Part shown: positions 25,408-38,604 of the stretch, piece after piece
How the letters are laid out: each line of letters begins with the position of its first letter
Numbering within the stretch: position 1 is the stretch's first letter
Origin: Octopus vulgaris
Lineage: Eukaryota
Length of the DNA stretch: 64,000 bases
Direction of reading: 5' to 3'
Assembly: GCA_951406725.2 (NCBI GenBank)
Contig: OX597828.1
Location: 40,672,001-40,736,000 of the forward strand
Position numbers and translations under genes: made by a program
Notes under the pieces: generated by a model
The model's input: the letters and a program-made list of their open reading frames with translations, nothing else
Databases searched by the model: none
Told to the model about the DNA's origin: nothing

Positions 25408-25997
25408 CTGCTATTTCTAGAAAACCAAGCAGCTATTTTAATACTTCTTTGTTGGCTCTTCTTGAGTTGAGGGTAAGAGGGTCAGGAGAAGTAGGGTAGT
25501 TCTCTGAAGATTCTTATATCTGTGCATGTAGCTCTGAAGGAGAGATACAAAAGGGTGCATGAGTAGGGTGTCCAACAACCACTTGAGGGTAGGGCCTGAG
25601 AGGAATTTTACAAGGTGGAATAAGAATGCTTTTAGCCCTCAGGATGTTGGGGGACACCTCTGAAAATTCATATTGTTGGGTGGGGAGACTCTGCTGATAG
25701 TTACAGGCTTCTGTTTGATTTTTGGGAGCCTGGACTGATAAAACAACTGAACCTACCCAGCCTTTATAAGTCACACCAAAGAGCTCAGTAAGTCACATCA
25801 GTACTTTGAGATTTGGCTAAGATACTTTACACTGAGTAAAGTCTATTTAGTTCCAAGCTGCTATGGGACTCATCCCCTGTTTTGAGTTTATAATAACTAT
25901 AAGGTTGAGCTTATTGTAGCCAGTGCTCAGGTGCACTACAACTCATCAGAAAAGGGTTGGACAAAGCAGCAATAAGTCAAGTAAAGAAAGACAGTGT

Positions 25998-26310
25998 GGA
26001 GGTGCAATGGCCCAGTGGTTAGGGCAGCGGACTCGCGGTCAGAGGATCGCGATTTCGATTCCCAGACTGGGTGTTGTGTGTGTTTATTGAGCGAGAATAC
26101 CTAAAGCTCCACGAGGCTCCAGCAGTGGGTGGGGCGACCCCTGTTGTACTCTTTCTCTCACTCTTTCTTCCTGTTTCTTGAGTAACGCTGCGATGGACTG
26201 GTGTCCCGTCCAGATGGTGGGGGTGGGGGTAACACACACCACAGAAACCAGGAAACTGGGCCCTTGAGCCTGGCTAGGCTTGAAAAGGGCACATAAATAA
26301 ATAAATAAAA
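25998..26310 (+). mobile_element. tRNA-derived SINE, family C
   Basis: A box TGGCCCAGTGG, B-box-like TTTCGATTCCC, (TAAA)n tail. Confidence 0.7.
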
Positions 26311-27509
26311 GAAAGACAGTAATGAAAGGGAACAGCAAAAAAGGTACACAGGCATAGGCATGTCAGGATTAGCGTTGGAGAATTATGGGAAGCCTGAAAT
26401 TTTTGAAAGAGTCAGTATCCTGAAAGGTAACAACTGACATGGGTAGTTTATTCAATACTTAGACAATTTTGAATGTGGAAAATTTTTTCTGAAAGTCATG
26501 CACGATTTGAGTTGATTCCGCTGTTACTAATACATGTAAATGATTTATCTCTTATAAATAAATTTATTAAATCATTATTTGAAGAATTTTTATGATTCTA
26601 CCAAACACACCTTTAAAAAAAAAGGTGGAGTGAGGACTAAAGAATGCAAATTCCAAAACCTACTACATTAACAGCTGAAGAATTTTAATGTAAAATGATA
26701 TACACTATGAAATAAAGTTATATTATACAAGCTGCATTCCAGAAGTTTTGAGATTTTTAAGGAGAGGCAGATATAATTGTCCTAGATTGTTGTAATTTTA
26801 GTATATCATTACTACACATCTTACGAGCTGACTTGCCAAATTGCGTTATTCCAGATTAAAGAAGATGGCTGTAAGAACACTTTTAATACACCCAACTAGA
26901 CACTGCTTGTCACACAGCTGACTAGTTTGCCGACATGAAGGCAATTTGTAATCGTGCTATGTAATAGAGTTTTATGTTAAACTGGGCAAAACCCTCATGA
27001 AACTTATGAAATGCTCCAGGCTGCTTAAGGACTAACTTATATGAGCCAAGCATTTGTTTTTCACTGGCACAAGAAACCAGGCAAAGCAAATCCACCAGGA
27101 AGCTCGTGGTAATCCACTTTTTCAACAATATGGGCATCATCTACATCCACTGGTTTCCCTCTGGCCAGGCAGTCAACAATGAGTACTTTGTGGAGGTTTT
27201 GAAGGAATTCAGGAAGAGATTTTGTCACAAAAGGCCGGGGCACCTCGACCAGGTCAATGTACCAATTCACAATTCTATCTTGGTAACCTACAGTCCAAAC
27301 TCACTCTCCCTACAGTCCAAACTTTACTCCCTCTGATTTTTGGTGGTTCTCCAGGCTGAAGGAGGCTGTGACAAGAGTCCTGAACCCCTTCACTTTGGAG
27401 GACTTCCATAGGGCCAACACAAAGTGGCAGGGGTGCTACAACAACTGTACTGAAGTCAGAGGATCCTACATTAAAGGAGATTAGAGCTTTGTACTTCTTT
27501 GAAACCAAT

Positions 27510-28955
27510 GAGTGGCTGTGTGGTAAGTAGCTTGCTTACCAACCACATGGTTCTGGGTTCAGTCCCACTGCGTGGTACCTTGGGCAAGTGTCTTCTACTA
27601 TAGCCTCGGGCTGACCAAAGCTTTGTGAGTGGATTTGGTTGACGGAAACTCAAAGCCCATCGTATATATGTATATATATATATATATGCATGTGTGTGTA
27701 TATGTTTGTGTGTCTGTGTTTGTCCCCCCTATATCACTTGACAACCGATGGTGGTGTGTTTACGTCCCCGTGACTTAGCGGTTTGGCAAAAGAGACCGAT
27801 AGAATAAGTACAAGGCGGATCTTTTCACTTTGACTGGCAGATTTAAAAAATAATTTCTTTGTAACTAAATACTTTTAAACTTCGTATACTGGTAGAATGT
27901 GTTACATAAAACATCTTTTTCTCTTGGCTTTCTTGAGAAAATTCTGTAGTTTGTAAGCTATTTGTTGTTAAATTTCTTGCATTTTGGCAATTTCAACCAA
28001 TCAATGATGTCTATAAAGAAATTATTTTTTAAATCTACCAGTCAAAGGGAAAAGATATGTTGTATGTAATACTGTTTCATTCATTTATTAATTATCATTT
28101 CTCATCATTAATACCCTTTATTCATTAAGTTATTCATATATTAAAATGTATTTATACATCACTATACGCTTACAAATTTCAACACCCAAACCTTGTCCCC
28201 TTTTTCTTGTTTCTTTCTTGTAAACACTAGACACCCACCCACCCACCCACCCACCCAAATCTGGGTTACACACTAAGTACATATTTAATTTGGTATATAC
28301 ACCCTTAATGTTAAATATATAATTTACTAATGCCCTCTATACCGTAATCGTTTTAATCAGTTTAGCTCTCATAATGTATGTTTAATGTTTCATATAAGTT
28401 GCGGTATCCAGTGCCGGTGACCGAGTATCGATCTATTTCATTGCATTTCAATCTGTTTCTTAAACGAATATATAATATGTAATGTGAGTATCTGTGCAAC
28501 AGAGAGGGAAATTAAAACTGCATATATTGTGAACTTAGAATATGTGTTTATTAATAAAAGTTTAATAACGATAATCTTTTATTCATACGAACGTGACTAA
28601 TATGAAATATGTCATAAATAACAGTGACAAACTAAATAGACACCGCAGGAAGTTGTTGTTGACAAACAACAGCAGTAATTGTATTCACCTCAATAGACGT
28701 CATTGATTGGTTGAAATTGCCGAAATGCAAGAAATTTAACAACAAATAGCTTACAAACTACAGAATTTTCTCATTCTCCCAGTATATGAAGTTTAAAAGT
28801 GTTTAGTTACAAAGAAATTATTTTTTCAATCTGCTGGTCAAAGTGAAAAGATCCTACTAGGCTTCCAAAGAATAATTCCTGGGGTCGACTTGCTCGACTA
28901 AAGGCAGTGCGCTAGCATGGCCACATCAAATGACTGAAACAAGTAAAAGAATAAA
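27510..28955 (+). mobile_element. Family A SINE split by a MITE insertion (SINE parts 27510-27816 and 28855-28955)
   Basis: SINE sequence stops at agaataagtacaaggc and resumes at tactaggcttccaaagaataa. Confidence 0.88.
27817..28854. mobile_element. Non-autonomous DNA transposon with long TIRs, GG...CC ends and 8-bp TSD (Merlin-like)
   Basis: GGATCTTTTCACTTTGAC... / ...GTCAAAGTGAAAAGATCC, inverted arms of ~160-195 bp, TSD tacaaggc/tactaggc. A related terminal fragment lies at ~361-445. Confidence 0.8.
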
Positions 28956-29010
28956 TTAGAAAATTACTATTTTTAAATCTTACGAGAGATATTCAGCAAC
29001 AGTACTTTGT

Positions 29011-29334
29011 AGTAAAGATTGTTTGCCAACATAACATGGTAGTCCTGGTTTAGGAAGAATGTTGCTGTAATTTAGCCCCAGGAGACATCATTTCCAGCTG
29101 GCTATACAACACGATCTGTGTCCTTATATTTTTGAACAAGGGAATCTAGTACCCCAACTCAGCTCAAAACAATATCTATGTATTGCGATTTCCAGGTTAT
29201 TTCCCTTGTTTGAAAATATAAGGACACAGATCGTGTCGTATAACCAGCTGGAGATGATGTCTCCTGGAGCAAAATTACAGCAACATTCGTCCTAAACCAG
29301 GACTGCCATGTTATGTTGGCAAATAATCTTTACT
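29011..29334. mobile_element. Foldback MITE with ~135-bp inverted arms and ~50-bp spacer
   Basis: agtaaagattgtttgccaacataacatgg... is the reverse complement of ...ccatgttatgttggcaaataatctttact. Confidence 0.85.
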
Positions 29335-30214
29335 CTGATGAATATTTCACCTGGAAAATCTCAAAACTTCTGGAATGTACCTTGCATATTACTTACTATA
29401 ATCTACTATAGATATAGCTGTACAAATATTATATCCAAATTGGTACCTATTTGCTAATTTTCATTTATAAATTCCATACAACATATACAAAGATCATATT
29501 ACTATCAGTTAGTGAAGAGTAGTTAGCAAATGTGTGTGTGTGTGTTTGTGTGTTTTCTTGATCTTCTAGGAAAGAAGAAACTTCTTTTTTCTTTCATTTA
29601 TTTATATGAAGATAGAGGGGCAACACCCATCACCTTTTTCAGTTATCTTTAAGCAGAATATAGAGAAACTGTTTGAGATTAGTAATTGCTTGCCCTGATT
29701 AGTATATGAGTAAGGATCCATATAGGCTGAACAAACAAAATATCTGAAACTCTAGTTAAAATGAAATCAAGCTGATGAGGAAGCCTCAACATTGCTATTC
29801 AGTCTTCTAGAAATAGCAACCAAACTCCCTCAAATCACACTCTTCTGTCTTAAAAAAGGAAAGACACATTAAATGATGCATTTATATATACTGTGTGTCT
29901 CAATAAAAGACAGGATGATCACAGCTGGAAAAACCTTTGCTCGCTGATCTGCTAGATTAGAACTGACCAAGGCTTAATGATCGACTTGAAAGGATATATT
30001 GAATAATGTTGTCTTAGATATACTGTGTCTGAATAGAAGATGAGTTACCTCTGGCTGAAATAGTCTTGATCACACTTAAACTTGATTCAGCTGGACCGAG
30101 ACTAAACAACAACAGCTGTGTATAATGGAATCGTATGCAATATAACTTACTCTTCTTATCTTCTTTAGTAATGCATAGTCCATTGTACTCTTAGGTGTGC
30201 ATGTACATGCACAA

Positions 30215-30245
<31 letters not shown>

Positions 30246-30930
30246 CAGGGTGCAGTGAATAAATTGTCATCTAAATTATTCAAAAGTGAAAATCTCATTT
30301 TAATAGCTATATTTACCAAAATTACATTAACCCTTTAGCATTCAAACTGGCCATATCCGGCCCAAATATTCTACTTGTTTTATGCCCAAATTGACCAGAT
30401 CCAACCTTTCATACGTATCCCACAATGTGATTCTGAAAAATAAGCAATCACATTATTGAAATCTTGAAGCTATGAGACAGTGCATGGTTGATTCAAAACA
30501 ATGTGAATAAATATGCATTACATTTGACGGAGTAATCTGAATGCTAAAGGGTTAAAATATCTTGAAATGCTAAAGAGTAAAGAGTAAATGTGGGAAGATG
30601 AAAGGAGGCATAACTTTGCCATCACTAACGATCACTCCAAACACCATGATGTTCATTGGATGTTTGATTTTTAGTACTCTAAGTACATGTCCTCAGATTG
30701 ACACCCAAACACTGAAATGTTTGTATTGGGACTTCTGGTGTGAATGCCAAGTAATACAGCATGTTGCTTCCAAATTTCTGGCAGAGTGAATTGCATCATG
30801 ATGCTGTTATCATCACAGGTGGTGCCCAACTGACCCTACTATACTGTGTAGTCGACAAAATCAAACACAAATAATGCACATGCATGAAATTAAAGATATC
30901 AAATGGCGACAATATACTCATCACACCCTG
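30246..30930. mobile_element. Tc1/mariner-type non-autonomous element (TA-CAGGGTG...CACCCTG-TA) containing a piggyBac-type MITE
   Basis: Terminal inverted repeats and TA flanks. Confidence 0.7.
30331..30551. mobile_element. piggyBac-type MITE (TTAA-CCCTTTAGCATTC...GAATGCTAAAGGG-TTAA)
   Basis: 13-bp TIRs with CCC/GGG ends and TTAA TSD. Confidence 0.85.
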
Positions 30931-31200
30931 TATATTTATAAACGTGTGTGTATGTGTCCCAGATTTGGTTCCAGGGTTGACTTAGAGCTAATTTGCAACT
31001 GCAATAAAGCGTGAGACTCTTGGAATTTACAGGGTGCACAGTGTAACAGATGTGAGGTAGTTGTGTTGTTTATGCCTTGCCCAAATAATATCAAGAACAA
31101 AACAATTCATTAAAAGATATACACAATTAAATGGAAGTTGGTATGTAAGCTTTTAAATGTGTGTGTGTGTGTGTATGAGTGTATCTCTGTGTGTGTGTCT

Positions 31201-31243
<43 letters not shown>

Positions 31244-31825
31244 TGTGTCTGTGTGTGTGTGTGTGAAAGAGAGAGGATGAAAGGAACGGCAGGGGAGAGA
31301 TTACACATTTCAGACATATTCTTAGCAAAAGACAGCCAGCAGCTAAATATTGCTAAATAGAGCAAGTGAGTCATAAAGTAGCATCAATGGTAATTACCAA
31401 AGATAACTGACCAATTTCTAATCACCTCCTCCCCAAATTAGTAGTTGTTTCTTAACTGCTGTTAACTGTTGCGTTAGTTCTTGTTGCTACAGTAGATTGC
31501 TGGTTTGGGTCTGGACTGCTTTAATCTGTCCTGTCATTTCCAAGGTGCTGTTGCTATAGACAACCTCTATACAGTTCAGCACCTATCTGTCTCATTTCAT
31601 GTGTATGTATGTATGTGTGTTTATATGGGAGCTGGCATGCTAATCGTCATAAAGTCAATCAGTCATAAGTCAGATAAATCATAAGCCAATGACGACCTGT
31701 ATTACATGACCTAAAACTATGCCTGTTTTGTGCTATAGTAGAATTTGTTCTACTCTACAGTTCTGAATGCTCGTGTGTGTGTGAGGACGTCTATGTGTAT
31801 GACAATCAGTCTGTCTTTTCCTTAA

Positions 31826-32265
31826 CCCTTTAGCATTCAATTCAGCCATATTTGGCCCAAGTTTTCTACCTGATTTATGTTCAAACCAGTCGGGTCTGGT
31901 CTTTCACTCTTACCCTACAATGTCTTTCTAAAAATGAACATTCACATCATTGAAATATCAAAGCTATGAGTTAATACATGACTAATTCAAAACAATGTGA
32001 ATGAATAAATATTACATTTGACAGAGAAATCAGAATACTAAAGGGTTAATCTTTTAGCATTCAGGTTAATCTGTCAAATATAATGCTCATTTAGTCACTT
32101 TATCTTTAATTAATCATGTGTGTATCATAGCTTCAAAAGAACATTGAATTGATTGTCTATTCTCAGAATGGCATTGTATGGTAGGCTGAGATGTTAGATC
32201 TAACCAGTACAAACACAGAACTGGTAGAATATAAGCCACATACAGCCAGTTTTAATGCAAAATGG
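31826..32265. mobile_element. Two adjacent piggyBac-type MITE copies (31826-32045 and 32050-32265) in opposite orientation, sharing one TTAA
   Basis: Same family as 30331-30551. Confidence 0.75.
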
Positions 32266-33081
32266 TTAATGACATATCAATTTTAAAGATTTCTTGGCTT
32301 TTGAGATTATCTTCCCTTTTCATCTGGTGTCAGTCCCAATTGCCACAAGGCATTAGTTTACCTTTTTCTCAAAAGGAAGATAATCAACATGTTAACTTGT
32401 ATGATATTTTGATACACCTTTATTCATCTTTGATGCCCATATTTATACCACTGGACAATTAGAGCATTCTCTCTTCATTTTCATTTGAATTATACATACC
32501 TTATATGCATATGTACTGTTTTCTTCCTTCATCCCTCTCTAATTCACTTTTTCTCCCCCTCCCACTGTTTTCTATCTGTCTCTCTCTCTCCCCCTCTTTC
32601 TCTTTTTCTCTCTCATTGCTCATACATGACCATCAGCCATCTTTCCTTTCTTCACGTGACCATCTTTCTTTTCCTACATTCAAAGGACTAAGTTTTTTTT
32701 TCTCTCTTTTCTCTTTTCAAAGAAATTATTTCTCCCAGCATTCACTATTTTCCTCTTGTTCTGGTCTAACAACCCTCCATGTTTGTTTTCATTTGGTTTC
32801 CTTGTATGTCTCCACTGTCCTATTTTTGTTCCCAACTTTGACTTTCCATATATCCTAAATTCTATTTTAGAATTTATGGGAGCAACTGTCTTTGAAGACT
32901 CATGTTGTCGCTGAATACTTGAAATAAAGAGTAGATAGACAGCCGACAACTGATAAAGGGTCATTTCTTTGTGTTTACTTGTCCTGTTTTCCATTTTTTA
33001 CTCTTGTTTATATATTTAACTTGTTTGTCTATGTATTTCATGTTGTTTACATAGTTGGTGACATCCTGTACCCATATATGC

Positions 33082-33115
<34 letters not shown>

Positions 33116-33135
33116 GTATACTCTTTTTTCTCTCT

Positions 33136-33536
33136 CTTTTACTTGTTTCAGTCATTTGACTGCGGCCATGCTGGAGCACCGCCTTTAGTCGAACAAATCG
33201 ACCCCGGGACTTATTCTTTGTAAGCCCAGTACTTATTCTATCGGTCTATTTTTGCCGAACCACTAAGTGACGGGGACGTAAACACACCAGCATCGGTTGT
33301 CAAGCAATGCTAGGGGGACAAACACAGACACACAAACACACATACACACACACATATATATATATATATATACGACAGGCTTCTTTCAGTTTCCGTCTAC
33401 CAAATCCACTCACAAGGCATTGGTCGGCCCGGGGCTATAGCAGAAGACACTTGCCCAAGGTGCCACGCAGTGGGACTGAACCCGGAACCATGTGGTTGGT
33501 TAGCAAGCTACTTACCACACAGCCACTCCTGCGCCT
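33136..33536 (-). mobile_element. Family A SINE, full length
   Basis: Near-identical to 984-1379. Confidence 0.9.
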
Positions 33537-34134
33537 ATGTATATATGTATGTATAATTCAAATGAAAATGAGCTAAGAGAAAATGCTCTACAACCTCATG
33601 AGGACATTCAAGTCTGGTTATGAGGCCTGCATGATGTGTGCCCGTGAACTTATGCAGGACACATGATGGTGGACTGTCTCAGTGTTGACATGTTCAATGT
33701 CATCTTGCACAGCTTGGAGGGAAATTTGCTCTTGAGCTGGAGTCAATGTCCACTAGTAATGTGGCATAGACAAAAGAAGAGAAAAGTCTTTGGTATTATA
33801 CGCAGCTATAAACGTGTTTGTGTGTGTGTGTGTGCATGCACATGTGCGAGTTAAATATTTATGTATCTGTGTTTATACGTGTGTACATCTATTGTACTTG
33901 TGGATTACATATATATATATGTACATATATTACATGTATATACAGAGGGTTGGCCAAAAGTCACCTGACAGTAAATCAAAACCCTTTAATCCCGAGATTA
34001 AAGTGAAAAATTATTTTATATGAGACTTTGCTAATAAATAGACAAGTGTTGAAAAAAAATGGTGATTTTAACTCACAAGATTCAAATATTAAGCATTCAT
34101 AACTGGATTGAATAACTAAAATTGAATATTATAT

Positions 34135-34534
34135 AGGCACAGGAGTGGCTGTGTGGTAAGTAGCTTGCTTATCAACAACATGGTTCCGGGTTCATTCCCA
34201 CTGCATGGCACCTTGGGCAAGTGTCTTCTATAAGCCTTGTGAGTGGATTTGGTAGACAGAAACTGAAAGAAGCCTGTCGTATATATATATATATATATCT
34301 TTATATGTATGTGTGTGTATATGTTTGTGTGTCTGTGTTTGTCCCCACAACATTGCTTGACAACCAATGGTGGTGTGTTTACGTCCCCGTAACTTAACGG
34401 TTCGGCAAAAGAGACCGACAGAATAAGCACTGGGCTTACAAAGAATAAGTCCTGGGGTTGATTTGCTCGACTAAAGGCGGTGCTCCAGCATGGCCACAGC
34501 CAAATGACTGAAACAAGTAAAGGAGTAAAAGAGT
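34135..34534 (+). mobile_element. Family A SINE, nearly full length
   Basis: aggcacaggagtggctgtgtggtaagtagc...tgactgaaacaagtaaa. Confidence 0.9.
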
Positions 34535-34659
34535 ATTAAGTATTTATGGAATTTTGATTTACTGTTGGATGGCTTATGTGTGCATGTCTGAGGATTATTT
34601 GTATGTGATATGAGCAAAATGCCCCTCTGTCCAATGGACGGTGTTGTGTTGTCAAACAT

Positions 34660-34975
34660 TTAAACCAAATTTTCACAAAACAACTTGTCCGACCGTCCCA
34701 TAGACCTGCCCTTTGAGAAACACTGATTTAACCTAAATTTGAGACACCAGCAAAAGACGGATTTCGACTGATGTACTTGCGCATACAAACGCACGTTCCC
34801 ACGGCTTTATCGATCGCACTCTCACCTGGAATCAATTTTTGTAATTTTTTCAAGACTTATACACGCCCTGATACCGTCGGTATCAACATATCAAATTTGA
34901 GCGCAATCAGATGGAGGATGCCCGAGATCCTAGAAGACACACACAGACAAACAGAATGGATTTTATATAATAGAT
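34660..34975 (+). mobile_element. Possible Helentron/DINE-like non-autonomous element, 3' part
   Basis: ...atcaaatttgagcgcaatc...gatcctagaagacacacacagacaaacag...ttttatataatagat resembles HINE/DINE ends. Resemblance only. Confidence 0.35.
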
Positions 34976-35343
34976 ATATATGGTTGTGTGTGTATGTGTG
35001 TGTTATATGTGTATACATGTCTGAGTATTATTTGTGTATATAGCTTCTATATTATGAGCATGTCTGTATTATTTGTATGTCTATCTATCTTATGTGTCTA
35101 TATTATATGTGAATATGAGGGTTACATATGAATGTGTGTGTGTGTGTGTGTGTGTGCACATCATTTGATACTTCATAATTAGTCCCAAATAACTTTTCAG
35201 ATAATCGAATTTATCTTGATCTAAAATTAATTATCTGCATCAGTCGTTTGTTTAAAATTAACTCGGAAACATAATTTAATACTATTTCATAGTCAAGAAA
35301 AACAAAGAAAATTGTTTCCTAATTAATTAAATGCAACAGAGAG

Positions 35344-35386
<43 letters not shown>

Positions 35387-36881
35387 CTTTCTCATTCATT
35401 TAATTCTTTCTTTTTGAAGTTTGTTGAAGCCAATGTAAAAGTGTTTTGAAGGAAATATCTTGGTCAGCATGACAAAAATGTTACCATGGTCGTCTGTGTG
35501 TGTGTATGTGTGTGTGTGTGTGTACGCGCGCTCATGTGTGTATATGCCTTTATCTGTATGTGGATGTAAATAATAATACTTTCAACTGATTGGAAGTGTT
35601 ATCATGTTCATTGTTTTGTCTTGGTATAAAAGATGGCTACAGCAAATATTCTGCTCAATACCACAGATTTGCTTGTCAGTTGTTTGACCTTACCCAGTTG
35701 AGCATGTCCCTTAGTGGCTGTCGATATGTGCATCTCTGATCACGAGCAGGAGTAGTTGGGGAGCATCATAGCCGTGTGTTGAAAGGAATTCTTAGAGGTT
35801 TGGATAATTCACCTTTGGAAACATGGGCGTTTCGTTCAACATCCCTATGATTTTGATGAAATGATTGAATATTTTTAGAATGACATTGTAGGTCAGGTAT
35901 GAGGTGCCAGATCTGGCCAATTTGAACATAAAACAGAATATTTGAGCCAGATATGACCAGTTTAAATGATAAAGAGTTAACCCTTTCATCAACTGACATA
36001 AAGTCACCTTCCTCAATATTACACCCCTTCATTTGAGGGGAGCCTTGTCTTGCAAGTTATTTGGTAACCTCACCTGTTCCACTGCCAGTTAAAAAGAACC
36101 CAGTACACTCTGGAAAGTAGTTTGTGTTAGGAAGGGCATCCAGCTGTAAAACCCATGCCAAAGCAGATAGAGGAGCCAGCACAGTCCTCTGTCAAACCAT
36201 CGGATGCTTGTTTTACAAGAATTGTAACTTTAATCTATTGGTTCTGTTGTTTTTGCTGGTCAACTCAGCCATTGATAAAGAACAAAAGTTCTTAATATGT
36301 CTATCTGAGACTTAAATGGGTCACTCACTTGTTGAGGCCATTAATCCTGTTTGTTGTTAACTTATTTGTACATCTGAACACAGTGATTAAGGTTCAATAT
36401 CTGGGCAGAGAGTTGGTGTGTGGGTCTCTGCCAACATTCCTTCTACATATATACCATCATTTAGCATCCATTTTTCATGCTAGCATGGGTAAGACAGTTT
36501 GACTGGGACTAGTAAACCAGAGAGTTGCACCAGGCTTCAGTCCGTTTTGGCTTGGTTTCTACAGCTAGATTCCCCTCCTAATGCCAACCACTCCAGAGTA
36601 TACTGGGTGCCTTTCACATGTCACCAGCATGGGTGCCTTTTAAGTGCCGTGACTACAATTTCACTTAGTTTGATATGTCTTCTCAAGCACAGCAAATCAT
36701 CACCTCCATGAAACTCAACATTTGAAGATCATACCTCAACACCTCAGCCCACGTTTAGCTAGGCCTACCTCTTCCACAGTTTTCTCTTTTCTGGCAAATA
36801 ATAATGCACCTGAGTACAATAAACAATAAGTTCATTGTATTATAGTTAGATATATATAAGCAATGTAATTATATATATATA

Positions 36882-37641
36882 CAGGGGTCGGACAAAATAA
36901 TGGAAAAACCTAGCATCACAGCATCATGATTTTGAAATATCTATAAAACCATCAAAAGCTTGTTTATATTTATGTTTTTTGATTTATTATTAGTGTTGCT
37001 TAATATGTTTTGCTAAAATTGCTGTTTCTTTTCGGGTTGCGGATCCGTGGAATAAGCTGCTAGACGAGATAGTGAAGATGTCAACGACCACTAGGTTCAA
37101 AGTCTCTCTTGACCAGAAATGGCCTGAACTCTTTGTATGACCACCCTCCCTGTATATAACTCCATGTCCTCCTACATGGCCTTGCTTTTGCTTTTTGAGC
37201 CAATAAAAATTGAATTGAATTGAAAAATTTTCAGATATCATCAGAAAAAGGCTAATTAACGTTCATTAAAATGACAGATCTATTGAACTTTCAAAGAGAT
37301 TAAATTGTTAGTGCTCGTTTGGCAGGCGCTAACTTAACGAAAACAACCAAAATGTTTGGTGTATCAAGAATTATTGTCTTGAAAGTAATGACAGCCTTTG
37401 AGAAAGAGGGAAAATCCTCTTCTTCAAAACAAAATTCCAGAAGAAAACCAAAACTTTCAGATAGGGACCGTCAGACTCTTATGCGAATTGTTAGAAAGGA
37501 TCACAAAAGTACAGCTCCCAAAATTACTGCAGAGCTTAATGACCACCTCGAGAACACAGTTTCCAAAAAAACTGTTCGCTGGGAGCTGCACAAAGCTGGA
37601 TTTCATGGGAGGGCTGAAATCAGAAAACTACGACTTTCAAA

Positions 37642-37647
<6 letters not shown>
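36882..37647 (+). mobile_element. Tc1-like transposon, 5' part only (left end plus DNA-binding region of the transposase pseudogene)
   Basis: TA-CAGGGG start. ORF 37319-37705 (...RRKPKLSDRDRQTLMRIVRKDHKSTAPKITAEL...VSKKTVRWELHKAGFHGR) is a typical Tc1 HTH region. It has an in-frame stop upstream and is truncated at (TA)n. Confidence 0.85.
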
Positions 37648-37675
<28 letters not shown>

Positions 37676-38073
37676 AAAGACAATATCACAGTTAAACATT
37701 TTTAGAATTATGTATAGTTCATTGTTTGATTTTATCTATATTTGAATTGTTAAAAATAATTATTAATTGATAAAGAAATGATAGCAAAAATATTAATAGT
37801 TTAGCCAAGGTCTTGAGTTACTGTCTAAAAATATGTGTTGTCATTGCTAAATATACATACATACACACATATATATAAATATATGCATACATATGTATAT
37901 ATCTACCTATCTGTGAGACTCTCCAGTGATGGAGAAGCATTGAAAGTGACAGGTACTGGCAGTCACAGGCTCAACTCCGCATATAGGCAGTCTCTATCTT
38001 CCGCATGGTCTTCAGACATGATACTGCCATGATATGTATGTACGTTTTGGTTATCATAGCTTTCTTTATACAA

Positions 38074-38287
38074 GGTGGTAAGTTGGCAAAAACGTTAGCA
38101 CACTGGGCGAAATGCATAGCGATATTTCATTTGTTTTTATGTTCTAAGTTCAAATTCCGCTGAGGTCGATTTAGCCTTTCATCCTTTCAGGGTTGATAAA
38201 TTAAGTACTAGTTGCATACTGGGGTCAATCTAATAACTGGCCCCTCCCACAAAATTTTGGGCCTTGTGCCTAGAGTAGAAAAGATTA
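38074..38287 (+). mobile_element. SINE family B
   Basis: tRNA-like B box gttcaaattccg plus the shared body gcctttcatcctttcagggg...ctggggtc. Other copies at 51198-51590, 53545-53763, 56315-56515, 59230-59770 and 8345-8630. Confidence 0.75.
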
Positions 38288-38563
38288 TAGCTGTCTTTAT
38301 ACATGTCTTATTGCTATTTTCTCTTTTCTGGCAAGTTATAATGCACCTGAGTACAATAAACAATAAGTTCATTGTATTATATTATAGCTACTGGTTTTGA
38401 AATCCTTGTGCACATTTTAGTCTGTTAGTGTCTAAGTGGACCTACATAAATATATGTGGAAACAGACATAAACATAAATATAATCACAAACACACAAAAC
38501 ACATGCATGTGCGTGTGTATACATATATATACTACACATTTATCTATCGTAACATTAATATTT

Positions 38564-38604
<41 letters not shown>

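Larger units (their letters stand above)
26728..29384 (+). mobile_element. Decayed mariner-family transposon carrying nested insertions
   Basis: TIRs caagctgcattccagaagttttgagatttt and aaaatctcaaaacttctggaatgtaccttg, with TA on the left. Transposase remnant FFNNMGIIYIHWFPSGQAVNNEYFVEVLKEFRKRFCHKRPG (27106-27240) resembles mariner GII...LP.GQTVN..YY..VL..LR.AI..KRP. Confidence 0.85.

Noticed and set aside
25998-26075. tRNA gene
   Set aside because: The A/B boxes continue into a SINE body and (TAAA)n tail, with no clean acceptor stem. The same applies to the other SINE heads.
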